A stretch of 57,427 nt of DNA from IMG/VR virus record IMGVR_UViG_2778261297_000008; one strand, 5' to 3'. A model generated the notes under the pieces. That model ran no database searches and was not told the origin of the DNA. It saw only the letters and a program-made list of their open reading frames with translations. Positions 18,453-28,480 of this stretch are shown here, piece after piece (position 1 is the first letter of the stretch; every line of letters starts with the position of its first letter). Both the position numbers and the translations under genes were made by a program. The stretch is from a virus (lineage: Duplodnaviria; Heunggongvirae; Uroviricota; Caudoviricetes).

Positions 18453-19145
18453 TCAAATCTTATCTAACTCATTATAGGCTTCGATAATAAAAATTCTGAT
18501 TTTAATAAGGCATGATTCAATGAAAGGAATTACTTCATGGTCATTCCCATGGAATCTTATTTTTTTCTCTTCGGTAATGACTATGTTTAAAGGTACACCA
18601 TTACCACTTCTTTGTAATTTCCCATTTTCGAAAGTAAAGTCTTCTAATTTTTTGCCATTGATGTGGTTGTTTTTAAAGAGAATTTTTGCTGAGCTTCCTG
18701 CTGTGATTAAACCAAAACCATCTACGCTCACACTTAGGTCTTTAACAGAACTCTCTTCTCTTAAGGGGATTGGTTGTCTGTGCTTTACTTCATTAGTGAG
18801 ATTACACATCATTTCCAACCAAGATTCGCCAGTGTGATAATCCTGTATAGAAGTAAAAATTTTATATAATGGAGAAGATGATGGTGGGTTTATTTTTAGC
18901 GTCTTTGAGAAAAATTTATCAATAAACTCTCTTTTTCCGTAAGGGAAATATATTTTGGGGCGCTCATCATTACTGCGTGGAGAAATATATTTATCATAGG
19001 TATCATTAGCGAGATACTCTAAGGAACTTCGTAAGTTTTCCAAAATAGCTTTGACTTTTACAGGCTTGATATGCTGTGTCTGTCTCATTATGTCAAGACT
19101 TTCTTCAACTTCTTGCAATAAGTCCAACGAGCCTTCTCTAGACAT
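18453..19145 (-). CDS. Uncharacterised 230-aa protein encoded on the opposite strand between the lysis cassette and cos
   Basis: ATG with SD AAAGGAGA; AT-rich by eye; opposite orientation to flanking late genes; no assignable domain. Confidence 0.7.
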   Translation of the reverse strand: MSREGSLDLLQEVEESLDIMRQTQHIKPVKVKAILENLRSSLEYLANDTYDKYISPRSNDERPKIYFPYGKREFIDKFFSKTLKINPPSSSPLYKIFTSIQDYHTGESWLEMMCNLTNEVKHRQPIPLREESSVKDLSVSVDGFGLITAGSSAKILFKNNHINGKKLEDFTFENGKLQRSGNGVPLNIVITEEKKIRFHGNDHEVIPFIESCLIKIRIFIIEAYNELDKI

Positions 19146-19519
19146 ACAGGTAATTCTCCTTTATGAATTTTCAACATGTTATAACTAATAATATATTTAT
19201 CATATAACTGTATGAATAAATTGTGAGATTAGTAATGCAAGTTTCTATCCATAGTGTTCTCTAAGTACCCGCTTCCATCATGTTGTTACGGACGGTATGG
19301 CTAAAACAAAGCACCTGAAGTTAAACGTTCTGAACTTTATGCTCGTTGAGCATATGAATTATCTGTAACCCGATGCGCTGGTTGTGGTTCACATTGATGG
19401 TCGTAATCAGCAGCGGTGGTGCCTGATGGCATGCAACTTCTTACTTATAAAACTTCGTATGGAATTGTTGCCATAACGAGCCCAGCTTAGCAGTTTTTAA
19501 TGGGTCCTCCCGGCAGTGT

Positions 19520-19700
19520 GTCCTGCCACGGGGCGGGAGCGTCGCGGAAAAAGGCTAGTTTTTGAAATTTTATTCGTCATCACCACTACTGTAATTGATT
19601 GATATTACAGTGGTTTTATTTTTATGGTGTCGATTCTGATTGTTTTTTGTTCATCACTAACACCGTTTGCCTAAAGTTGTTCGCAAGATGCATGTTTAAA
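19520..19700. other. Candidate cos region (cosN/cosB) upstream of the small terminase gene
   Basis: GGGCGGGAGCGTCGCGG...TTCGTCATCACC resembles recalled lambda cos (GGGCGGCGACCTCGCGG...TTCGTCATAAC); palindrome CTGTAATTGATTGATATTACAG nearby. Confidence 0.35.
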
Positions 19701-19716
19701 ACATTCTGGAGCGGGT

Positions 19717-20211
19717 ATGGATCGAGAGTTAAAAAATCTGACGCTGAATATCAGTCAACTGGCGGCATTGTCAGGTGTACATCGCCAGACTGCTGCGGCA
19801 AGGCTGCAAAATCTACCCGTTGCAGGGGGGCATGAAAGCAACCTCAAGCTTTATCGGGTGGTTGATATTGTGTCGGCATTTCTGGCATTACCACCGCCGG
19901 TTGCAGAAGGCGAAATGGACGCGCATGAGCGCAAAGCCTGGTATCAGTCTGAACGTGAGCGTCTTAAGTTCGAACAGGAAACGGCACAACTCATTCCGGC
20001 CAGTGATGTCAGACGGGAGTTTGCCATCTGGGCAAAAGCGGTCGTGCAGGTGCTGGAGACATTACCGGATATTCTTGAACGTGACTGCGGTCTGCAGCCT
20101 GCCGCTGTGAGTCGTGTTCAGTCCATTATTGATGATCTGCGCGATCAGATAGCCCTGCGGGTGACTGAAGCAGGTGCGGATGATGAGGAGGAATTACAGC
20201 AGGAGGAGTAA
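19717..20211 (+). CDS. Terminase small subunit
   Basis: 164 aa with N-terminal HTH (LNISQLAALSGVHRQT), directly upstream of and overlapping the large terminase start. Confidence 0.8.
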   Translation: MDRELKNLTLNISQLAALSGVHRQTAAARLQNLPVAGGHESNLKLYRVVDIVSAFLALPPPVAEGEMDAHERKAWYQSERERLKFEQETAQLIPASDVRREFAIWAKAVVQVLETLPDILERDCGLQPAAVSRVQSIIDDLRDQIALRVTEAGADDEEELQQEE

Positions 20212-22313
20212 TGCTGAATCAGGAAACCGCAAAGGCAGCACGAACCGATTCAGGTTATATCCTTCGCGCACCGAGACGAATGCGGGTTGCTGATGCCGTT
20301 GCTCAGTATATGCGGGTGCCTATGGGGGCAGGGAACTCAGTCCCGTGGGATCCGCTGGTGGCACCGTATGTTATTGAGCCTATGAACTGCCTGGCCTCGC
20401 GTGAATACGACGCAGTGATATTTGTTGGCCCGGCACGAACCGGCAAGACTATCGGCCTGATTGACGGCTGGGTGATTTACAACGTGATTTGCGATCCTGC
20501 TGATATGCTGATCATTCAGATGACGGAGGAAAAAGCCCGCGAACACTCCAAAAAACGACTCGCCAGAACGTTTCGCGTCAGCCCGGAAGTGGTCAGTCGC
20601 CTGAGTCCGAACAAAAATGACAACAACGTTTATGACAGAACATTCCTTGCTGGCAACTACCTGAAAATCGGCTGGCCGTCAGTCAATATCATGTCTTCAT
20701 CAGATTATAAATGCGTGGCGCTGACGGATTATGACCGTTTTCCGGAAGATATTGATGGTGAGGGGGATGCCTTCTCTCTTGCCTCAAAACGTACCACCAC
20801 ATTTATGTCCAGTGGTATGACGCTGGTGGAGAGTTCCCCCGGCAGGGATGTGAAGGATGTGAAATGGCGACGGACTTCACCGCATGAGGCTCCACCAACC
20901 ACGGGGATCCTGTCGCTCTATAACCGTGGCGATCGCCGTCGCTGGTACTGGCCCTGTCCACACTGTGGTGAGTATTTTCAGCCCTGCGGCGATGTGGTTG
21001 CTGGTTTCCGTGATATTGCCGATCCTGTGCTGGCAAGTGAGGCGGCTTATATTCAGTGTCCTTCCTGTTCAGGACGGATTTTGCCTGAACAAAAACGCGA
21101 GCTGAACGGACGTGGGGTCTGGTTACGGGATGGTGAATCCATCAATGCAGATGGCAGTCGTTATGGTGATCCCCGGCGTTCACGTATTGCGTCATTCTGG
21201 ATGGAGGGTCCGGCAGCTGCTTATCAGACACTCTCGCAACTCGTTTACAAACTGCTTACTGCAGAACAGGAATACGAGACAACCGGAAGTGAAGAGACAC
21301 TCAAGACGGTTATCAATACCGACTGGGGATTACCTTATCTTCCCCGCGCCAGCATGGAGCAACGAAAAAGTGAATTGCTTGAGCAGCGGGCAGAGCCAGT
21401 TCCTTCCCGCAGTGTGCCGGATGGCGTTAATTTCCTTGTGGCGACAGTGGATGTGCAGGCGGGACGTCATCGCCGTTTTGTGGTTCAGGTAACGGGCTAT
21501 GGCAGCCGTGGCGAACGCTGGATTATTGATCGTTACAACATCACGCAGTCATTGCGCGGTGACAGCGACGGGGAGAGCCAGCGAATTGATCCGGCCAGCT
21601 ATCCGGAAGACTGGGATGTCCTGCTGACGGATGTTTTTCATAAAAGCTGGCCGCTGGCCTCCGATCCTTCTCAACAAATGCGACTGATGGCAATGGCGGT
21701 GGACTCCGGCGGTGAAGACGGGGTCACTGATAATGCCTATAAATTCTGGCGTCGTTGCCGTCGTGATGGCCTTGGTAAACGTATTTACCTGTTTAAGGGT
21801 GACAGCATCCGGCGCGCAAAACTGATCAGCCGTACATTCCCTGATAACACCGGACGAACGGGCCGCCGGGCGCAGGCCGCAGGTGATGTGCCGCTCTGGC
21901 TTCTTCAGACGGATGCCCTGAAAGACCGGGTGAATAACGCGTTATGGCGTGACTCGCCAGGTCCCGGCTATGTGCATTTCCCTGACTGGCTGGGGAGCTG
22001 GTTTTACGACGAACTGACGTATGAAGAGCGGAGCAGTGACGGGAAATGGAGTAAGCCGGGTCGCGGTGCCAACGAAGCTTTTGACCTGATGGTGTATGCC
22101 GAGGCTCTGGTCATTCTGCATGGATACGAAAAGATCCGCTGGCCGGATGCACCGGAGTGGGCGAGCCGGGAAACCTGGCTGGAGTGTGTCCCGGACAGTA
22201 CCGAACCGTCACCCACACCGGAACCGGTATCCACGCCTGTTAAAAAACAAAAACGGAAGAAAACAGTAACTGACGATGTTAACCCCTGGCTGACTTCCGG
22301 AGGATGGTTATGA
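20211..22313 (+). CDS. Terminase large subunit (lambda gpA-like)
   Basis: 700 aa; size, position and overall similarity to the gpA family; SD AGGAGGA. Confidence 0.93.
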   Translation: MLNQETAKAARTDSGYILRAPRRMRVADAVAQYMRVPMGAGNSVPWDPLVAPYVIEPMNCLASREYDAVIFVGPARTGKTIGLIDGWVIYNVICDPADMLIIQMTEEKAREHSKKRLARTFRVSPEVVSRLSPNKNDNNVYDRTFLAGNYLKIGWPSVNIMSSSDYKCVALTDYDRFPEDIDGEGDAFSLASKRTTTFMSSGMTLVESSPGRDVKDVKWRRTSPHEAPPTTGILSLYNRGDRRRWYWPCPHCGEYFQPCGDVVAGFRDIADPVLASEAAYIQCPSCSGRILPEQKRELNGRGVWLRDGESINADGSRYGDPRRSRIASFWMEGPAAAYQTLSQLVYKLLTAEQEYETTGSEETLKTVINTDWGLPYLPRASMEQRKSELLEQRAEPVPSRSVPDGVNFLVATVDVQAGRHRRFVVQVTGYGSRGERWIIDRYNITQSLRGDSDGESQRIDPASYPEDWDVLLTDVFHKSWPLASDPSQQMRLMAMAVDSGGEDGVTDNAYKFWRRCRRDGLGKRIYLFKGDSIRRAKLISRTFPDNTGRTGRRAQAAGDVPLWLLQTDALKDRVNNALWRDSPGPGYVHFPDWLGSWFYDELTYEERSSDGKWSKPGRGANEAFDLMVYAEALVILHGYEKIRWPDAPEWASRETWLECVPDSTEPSPTPEPVSTPVKKQKRKKTVTDDVNPWLTSGGWL

Positions 22314-22522
22314 ACCAGAATGATATCGAAGCCATGATTCAGCGTTATACGGAAGCTGAAATGGCGGTGCTGGACGGAAAATCCGTCACCTTTAATGGTC
22401 AGCAGATGACCATGGAAAACTTATCTGAGATCCGGCAGGGACGGCAGGAGTGGGAGCGCCGCCTTGCGGCTCTGATTACACGACGACGGGGGCATCCCGG
22501 GTACCGGCTGGCGAGGTTCTGA
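22310..22522 (+). CDS. W: Head-tail joining protein W-like
   Basis: ~70 aa ending ...RRRGHPGYRLARF, like lambda gpW; ORF-track start 22304, ATG 22310 has better SD spacing. Confidence 0.75.
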   Translation: MNQNDIEAMIQRYTEAEMAVLDGKSVTFNGQQMTMENLSEIRQGRQEWERRLAALITRRRGHPGYRLARF

Positions 22523-24030
22523 TGGCAATTCTTGATGATGTGATTGGCGTTTTTTCACCAGGATGGAAAGCGGCAAGGCTGCGTTCCCGTGCGGTGATCC
22601 AGGCTTATGAGGCCGTAAAAACGACACGGACACACAAAGCCCGGCGGGAAAACCGAACTGCCGACCAGTTAAGCCAGTACGGGGCCGTGTCGTTACGTGA
22701 GCAGGCCCGTTACCTTGATAACAACCACGATCTGGTTATTGGTGTATTTGACAAGCTGGAAGAACGGGTGGTGGGGAAAAACGGGATTATTGTCGAGCCA
22801 CATCCGGTATTACGCAATGGGGCCATTGCCCGTGATCTGGCAGCGGAGATACGCACCCGATGGAGTGAATGGTCTGTCAGTCCGGAAGTCACCGGGCAGT
22901 TTACCCGTCCGATGCTGGAACGTCTGATGCTGCGTACCTGGCTGCGCGATGGTGAGGTGTTTGCCCAGATGGTTTCCGGGCGCATAAACAGCCTGACGCC
23001 TTCTGCCGGTGTTCATTTCTGGCTGGAGGCGCTCGAGCCGGACTTTATTCCCATGACCAGTGATGAGAGCAACAGGCTGAATCAGGGCGTGTTTGTTGAT
23101 GACTGGGGGCGTCCCGAAAAATATCTGGTGTATAAAAGCCGTCCCGTATCCGGGCGGCAGATGGAAACCAAAGAAGTGGATGCAGAGCGAATGCTGCATC
23201 TTAAATTTGTTCGCCGTCTGCACCAGATGCGCGGGACGTCTTTGTTGTCCGGTGTGCTGATCCGCCTCAGTGCCCTGAAAGAGTATGAAGATTCTGAGCT
23301 GACTGCAGCAAGGATCGCCGCTGCTCTGGGGATGTACATCCGGAAAGGCGACGGGCAGAGCTATGAACCGGATGGTAATGGCAGCAAGGAGAATGAACGC
23401 GAGCTTACCATTCAGCCAGGCATTATTTACGACGATCTGAAACCCGGCGAAGAAATCGGAATGGTGAAGTCGGATCGTCCCAATCCTAACCTTGAAACTT
23501 TTCGTAATGGTCAGTTGCGTGCCGTGGCGGCGGGCAGTCGTCTGAGTTTTTCCAGTACGGCACGCAACTATAACGGCACTTACAGCGCCCAGCGTCAGGA
23601 GCTGGTTGAATCCACTGATGGCTACCTGATCCTGCAGGACTGGTTTATTGGTGCCGTCACCCGCCCGATGTATCGTGCCTGGCTGAAACAGGCTGTGGCA
23701 TCCGGTGTTATCAGGCTACCCCGCGATCTTGATCGTTCTTCACTGTATACCGCGGTGTATTCCGGACCGGTGATGCCGTGGATTGACCCTGTTAAGGAGG
23801 CTGAGGCCTGGAAAATTCAGATTCGTGGTGGAGCGGCGACAGAATCAGACTGGGTACGTGCAGGTGGTCGTAATCCGGATGATGTCAAACGTCGGCGCAA
23901 GGCCGAAATTGATGAAAACCGCAAGCTGGATCTGGTATTTGATACCGATCCGGCCAGTGATAAAGGAGGCAGCAGTGCCGCAACGAAACGACAGGAGCCG
24001 CAGCACACCGACGACCAGTCCGAAGAATAA
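22522..24030 (+). CDS. Portal protein (lambda gpB family)
   Basis: ~502 aa between gpW and the head protease/capsid gene; start ATG overlaps the W stop. Confidence 0.9.
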   Translation: MAILDDVIGVFSPGWKAARLRSRAVIQAYEAVKTTRTHKARRENRTADQLSQYGAVSLREQARYLDNNHDLVIGVFDKLEERVVGKNGIIVEPHPVLRNGAIARDLAAEIRTRWSEWSVSPEVTGQFTRPMLERLMLRTWLRDGEVFAQMVSGRINSLTPSAGVHFWLEALEPDFIPMTSDESNRLNQGVFVDDWGRPEKYLVYKSRPVSGRQMETKEVDAERMLHLKFVRRLHQMRGTSLLSGVLIRLSALKEYEDSELTAARIAAALGMYIRKGDGQSYEPDGNGSKENERELTIQPGIIYDDLKPGEEIGMVKSDRPNPNLETFRNGQLRAVAAGSRLSFSSTARNYNGTYSAQRQELVESTDGYLILQDWFIGAVTRPMYRAWLKQAVASGVIRLPRDLDRSSLYTAVYSGPVMPWIDPVKEAEAWKIQIRGGAATESDWVRAGGRNPDDVKRRRKAEIDENRKLDLVFDTDPASDKGGSSAATKRQEPQHTDDQSEE

Positions 24031-26002
24031 TTCCTGGTTCAGGATGCAGGCAGGTCACCAGAGTGACGCGGATATTTATATTTATGACGAGATTGGTTTC
24101 TGGGGTGTTACAGCGAAGCAGTTTATCAGTGATCTGAATGCACTGGGCGATATCACCCACATTAATCTCCATATTAATTCACCGGGTGGCGATGTCTTTG
24201 AAGGCATCGCCATTTTTAATGCACTGAAAACACATGGTGCGTCCATTACCGTTTATGTCGACGGTGTGGCGGCGTCAATGGCGTCGGTCATTGCGATGGT
24301 GGGAAACCCGGTCATTATGCCGGAAAACTCCTTCATGATGATTCATAAACCATTTGGCTTTACGGGCGGTGATGCGGAGGACATGCGCACCTATGCCGAC
24401 CTGCTCGATAAAGTTGAGGCGGTTCTGTTACCCGCTTATGCACAGAAAACCGGGAAAACCACCGATGAAATTGCTGCCATGCTGGCGGATGAGACCTGGA
24501 TGTCCGGTGCCGAATGTCTGGCACAGGGATTTGCTGATCAGGTGACACCAGCCGTTAAGGCAATGGCATGTATTCAGTCAAAACGTACAGAGGAATTTAA
24601 AAAGATGCCGGAATCCATTCGAAACATGATTACTCCGCCACGCAACAGTGCTCCACGCGTACAGGATGATGAACCTGCAGCCTCCCGGACGCCAGTGCAG
24701 GCAGCAGCACCCGTGGTGGATGAAAACAGTATCCGTGCGCAGGTACTGGCAGAGCAAAAAGCGCGTGTAAACGGTATTAATGATCTGTTTGCCATGTTTG
24801 GCGGGCGTTATCAGACGCTGCAGGCCCAGTGTCTTGCCGATCCTGAATGTTCGCTGGAGCAGGCCCGTGAAAAGCTGTTGAACGAGATGGGGCGCGAGTC
24901 CACGCCATCCAATAAAAATACCCCGGCTCATATTTATGCCGGTAACGGTAATTTTGTGGGGGACGGGATTCGCCAGGCGCTGATGGCGCGTGCCGGATTT
25001 GAAAAAACCGAACGTGATAATGTCTACAACGGGATGACCCTGCGTGAATATGCCCGTATGTCACTAACTGAACGGGGTATTGGGGTTTCCGGTTATAACC
25101 CGATGCAGATGGTCGGTGCGGCGTTCACACACAGTACGTCTGACTTCGGTAATATTCTGCTGGATGTTGCGAACAAAGCCATTCTGCAGGGCTGGGAAGA
25201 TGCCCCTGAAACCTATGAACAGTGGACGCGGAAAGGTCAGTTGTCTGATTTTAAAATTGCCCATCGTGTGGGTATGGGGGGCTTCAGTGCTCTGCGTCAG
25301 GTGCGTGAAGGGGCGGAATATAAATACGTCACCACCGGAGATAAACAGGCCACTATTGCACTGGCGACCTATGGCGAGCTGTTCAGTATCACCCGTCAGG
25401 CCATTATCAATGATGATCTGAATATGCTGACCGATGTCCCGATGAAACTGGGCCGTGCGGCGAAATCCACTATTGCCGATCTGGTTTATGCCATTCTGAC
25501 GTCTAACCCGAAAATCTCCACAGATAATGTAAGTCTGTTCGATAAAGCGAAACATGCAAACGTACTGGAGAGCGCTGCAATGGACGTGGCATCGCTGGAT
25601 AAAGCCCGCCAGTTGATGCGCGTTCAGAAAGAGGGGGAGCGTCATCTGAATATTCGTCCTGCGTTCGTACTGGTACCGACGGCGATGGAGTCTGTTGCTA
25701 ACCAGGTCATTCGCTCCTCAAGTGTCAAGGGGGCTGACATTAACGCCGGTATTATTAACCCGGTGAAAGATTTTGCGACCGTTATTGCAGAGCCTCGTCT
25801 TGATGATAACAGCCAGACCACCTTCTATCTGGCTGCGTCAAAAGGCTCCGATACGATTGAAGTGGCTTATCTCAACGGTGTGGATACGCCATATATTGAT
25901 CAGATGGAGGGCTTCAGTGTGGATGGCGTGACAACGAAAGTGCGTATTGACGCCGGTGTCGCGCCAGTTGATCACCGCGGTCTGGTGAAATGTACGGCGT
26001 AA
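23975..26002 (+). CDS. Fused prohead protease (ClpP/S49-like) - scaffold - major capsid protein
   Basis: N-terminal ClpP-like region (IYIYDEIGFWG...INSPGGDVFEG...SMASVIAMVG), C-terminal HK97-fold-like capsid region; start uncertain (GTG 23975 with SD AAGGAGG, or ATG 24044). Confidence 0.85.
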   Translation: MPQRNDRSRSTPTTSPKNNSWFRMQAGHQSDADIYIYDEIGFWGVTAKQFISDLNALGDITHINLHINSPGGDVFEGIAIFNALKTHGASITVYVDGVAASMASVIAMVGNPVIMPENSFMMIHKPFGFTGGDAEDMRTYADLLDKVEAVLLPAYAQKTGKTTDEIAAMLADETWMSGAECLAQGFADQVTPAVKAMACIQSKRTEEFKKMPESIRNMITPPRNSAPRVQDDEPAASRTPVQAAAPVVDENSIRAQVLAEQKARVNGINDLFAMFGGRYQTLQAQCLADPECSLEQAREKLLNEMGRESTPSNKNTPAHIYAGNGNFVGDGIRQALMARAGFEKTERDNVYNGMTLREYARMSLTERGIGVSGYNPMQMVGAAFTHSTSDFGNILLDVANKAILQGWEDAPETYEQWTRKGQLSDFKIAHRVGMGGFSALRQVREGAEYKYVTTGDKQATIALATYGELFSITRQAIINDDLNMLTDVPMKLGRAAKSTIADLVYAILTSNPKISTDNVSLFDKAKHANVLESAAMDVASLDKARQLMRVQKEGERHLNIRPAFVLVPTAMESVANQVIRSSSVKGADINAGIINPVKDFATVIAEPRLDDNSQTTFYLAASKGSDTIEVAYLNGVDTPYIDQMEGFSVDGVTTKVRIDAGVAPVDHRGLVKCTA

Positions 26003-26024
26003 ACGTCGCAGACAACAACTCTGA

Positions 26025-26045
26025 TGGCCCGTAAGGGCTTTTTTT
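26025..26045 (+). terminator. Candidate terminator after the capsid gene
   Basis: Short hairpin GCCC-GTAA-GGGC followed by T7 run. Confidence 0.45.
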
Positions 26046-26088
26046 GTACCTGAAATCAGCCCCTGAACGGGGCTGTGCGGAGACAGTT

Positions 26089-26412
26089 ATGGCAAAGAAT
26101 TTTGTAGAAGAAGGAAAAACGGTGGCGATTGTTGCCAGTGCAGCCATCAGCAGCGGAGATCTGGTGCAGGTGGGCGATGTTTTTGCGGTGGCGCTGACCG
26201 ATATTCCACAGGGTGAAACAGGCGACGGCATGACCGAAGGTGTGTTTATGCTGCCTAAGCTGAAAACGGATGACATGAAAACGGGTAAGAAGGTTTATCT
26301 GAAGTCCGGAAAAGTTCAGCTGACTAACAGCGGCTCTGATCCGCTGGTCGGGGTTGTCTGGGCAGATGCCGGAACCAGTGCAGAAGAAGTGCCGGTAAAA
26401 CTCAATGTCTGA
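26089..26412 (+). CDS. DUF2190-like small head protein (putative decoration/stabilisation)
   Basis: ~107 aa after the capsid gene; ATG 26089 with SD GGAGACAG. Confidence 0.6.
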   Translation: MAKNFVEEGKTVAIVASAAISSGDLVQVGDVFAVALTDIPQGETGDGMTEGVFMLPKLKTDDMKTGKKVYLKSGKVQLTNSGSDPLVGVVWADAGTSAEEVPVKLNV

Positions 26413-26680
26413 TCCCTTTTCCCGGCTGGCAGCGCGTATGGATGCTATCACGGTTAGAAAGATGGGAAAGACAGCCTCGATTAATGATGTCGATATGACT
26501 GTGATCCCGGGAGAAACACTGGCAGAGCTGAATGCTCTGTCCGGACCTGCGGTCTCTCTGGTGGTGTTTTCTTCGGGATACCGCCCACGGCGCGGGGATC
26601 GCGTTGTTTATGACGGACAACAATGGACGGTCACACGGCATGAACGTTTTAACGGTAAGCCAATGATCTTTATTGAGTAA
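26405..26680 (+). CDS. Head-tail connector / head completion protein (putative)
   Basis: 91-aa ORF between head and tail genes, start overlaps upstream stop; function inferred from position. Confidence 0.5.
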   Translation: MSDPFSRLAARMDAITVRKMGKTASINDVDMTVIPGETLAELNALSGPAVSLVVFSSGYRPRRGDRVVYDGQQWTVTRHERFNGKPMIFIE

Positions 26681-26691
26681 AGAGGTGTGGG

Positions 26692-27270
26692 ATGAAGGGG
26701 CTTGAGAATGCCATCCGTAATCTGAACAGCCTTGATACCCGTATGGTGCCACAGGCCAGCGCATGGGCGATAAACCGTGTGGCACAGAAAGCGGTCTCGG
26801 TCGCCACCCGGCAGGTTGCCGGGAATACCGTTGCGGGAGATAACCAGGTGAAAGGGATCCCCCTGAAACTGGTACGTCAGCGTGTCCGGGTGTTTAAAGC
26901 CAGCCCGTCAGGAAAAATGACGGCCAGGATCCGCGTTAACCGGGGCAATCTGCCCGCTATTAAGCTGGGGACAGCCCGGGTCAGACTGGCCCGGCGTGGT
27001 GGAAAACTGCAGTACCGTGGCAGTGTGCTGAAGGTGGGTAAATATCTTTTCCGGGATGCGTTTATTCAGCAACTGGCGAATGGTCGCTGGCATGTGATGC
27101 GGCGTATTGATGGCAAAAATCGTTACCCCATTGATGTGGTGAAAGTCCCGCTGTCCGGACCGCTGACACAGGCATTTGAAGATGCCCGCGACCGCATTAT
27201 TGCTGCGGAAATGCCGAAACAGCTGGGGTATGCACTGAAACAACAACTGAGGTTATGGCTGACCCGATGA
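26692..27270 (+). CDS. Z: Minor tail protein Z-like
   Basis: 192 aa, same length and position as lambda gpZ. Confidence 0.8.
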   Translation: MKGLENAIRNLNSLDTRMVPQASAWAINRVAQKAVSVATRQVAGNTVAGDNQVKGIPLKLVRQRVRVFKASPSGKMTARIRVNRGNLPAIKLGTARVRLARRGGKLQYRGSVLKVGKYLFRDAFIQQLANGRWHVMRRIDGKNRYPIDVVKVPLSGPLTQAFEDARDRIIAAEMPKQLGYALKQQLRLWLTR

Positions 27271-27668
27271 ACCGACATACACAAATCCGCCAGGCCGTAC
27301 TGGCACGCCTTCGGGAACAGTGTGGAGACAGCGCCACGTTTTTTGACGGGCTTCCGGCATTTATTGATGCGCAGGAACTGCCTGCCGTGGCGGTGTGGCT
27401 GAGTGATGCTCAGTACACCGGAAAAATGACGGATGAAGATGACTGGCAGGCTGTTCTGCATATTGCTGTCTTCATCCGGGCACAGGCACCGGATTCAGAG
27501 CTGGATATGTGGATGGAGAGCACCATTTTCCCGGCCCTGAATGATATACCGGCACTTTCCGGACTCATCGACACCCTGATCCCTCTCGGTTTTAACTATC
27601 AACGTGATAATGAGATGGCCACCTGGGCGATGGCGGAAATCACGTACCAGATCACGTACACGAATTAA
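27255..27668 (+). CDS. U: Tail terminator protein U-like
   Basis: ~137 aa between Z and V, lambda gpU-like. Confidence 0.8.
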   Translation: MADPMNRHTQIRQAVLARLREQCGDSATFFDGLPAFIDAQELPAVAVWLSDAQYTGKMTDEDDWQAVLHIAVFIRAQAPDSELDMWMESTIFPALNDIPALSGLIDTLIPLGFNYQRDNEMATWAMAEITYQITYTN

Positions 27669-27679
27669 AGGAGGTGGCA

Positions 27680-28423
27680 ATGACCACACCAAATCCACTG
27701 GCAAAAACGAAAGGTGCGGGAACGACGTTCTGGATGTACACCGGCAAGGGCGATGCGTTTGCGAACCCTTTATCGGACACTGACTGGCTGCGTCTTGCGA
27801 TGGTGAAGGATCTGCAACCTGGCGAAATGACCGCTGATGCAGAAGATGACACTTATCTCGATGATGAAGATGCAGACTGGAAAACGACAACCCAGGGGCA
27901 GAAATCCGTCGGTGATACTTCGGCGACGCTGGCCTGGCGTCCGGGTGACAGCGGGCAGAAAAAACTGGTTCAGTTGTTCGACTCCGGTGAAGTCTGCGCG
28001 TTTCGTATCAAATATCCCAACGGCACTGTTGATGTTTTCCGTGGCTGGCTGAGCTCACTGGGTAAAACCATTGCCTCAAAAGACGTGATGACCCGCACAG
28101 TGAAAATCAGCGGTGTGGGGCGTCCGTATCTGGCAGAGGAAGGCACTGAAACAGTGAGCGTTACCGGGCTGACGGTGGCACCGGCATCTGCCAGTGTAAA
28201 AGTGGGAGCAACCACCACGCTGACCTTTACAGTAAAACCTGACGGAGCCAGTGACAAAGCGATCAGTGTGCATTCGACAGATCCACAGACTGCCACGGTG
28301 ACCCTGAACGGGCTTGTGGCCACGGTGAAAGGCGTGAAGCAGGGCAGTGTCAGCATTGTGGGCATGACTTCTGACGGCGATTTTGTGGCAGTGGCTGCGG
28401 TGGCTGTCAGCGCCGCAGGTTAA
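27680..28423 (+). CDS. V: Major tail protein V-like with C-terminal Ig-like domain
   Basis: ATG 27680 preceded by AAGGAGG (ORF-track start 27674 is GTG); lambda gpV-like. Confidence 0.9.
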   Translation: MTTPNPLAKTKGAGTTFWMYTGKGDAFANPLSDTDWLRLAMVKDLQPGEMTADAEDDTYLDDEDADWKTTTQGQKSVGDTSATLAWRPGDSGQKKLVQLFDSGEVCAFRIKYPNGTVDVFRGWLSSLGKTIASKDVMTRTVKISGVGRPYLAEEGTETVSVTGLTVAPASASVKVGATTTLTFTVKPDGASDKAISVHSTDPQTATVTLNGLVATVKGVKQGSVSIVGMTSDGDFVAVAAVAVSAAG

Positions 28424-28443
28424 CAGGACGATACTCATCATTT

Positions 28444-28467
28444 GCCCCGGTTATCCGGGGCTTTTTT
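28444..28467 (+). terminator. Intrinsic terminator after the major tail gene
   Basis: Hairpin GCCCCGG-TTAT-CCGGGGC followed by TTTTTT. Confidence 0.7.
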
Positions 28468-28480
28468 GCAGGTGGAGAAC

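Noticed and set aside
25064-25645. 193-aa minus-strand ORF inside the capsid gene
   Set aside because: Antisense to the capsid coding region; non-protein-like composition
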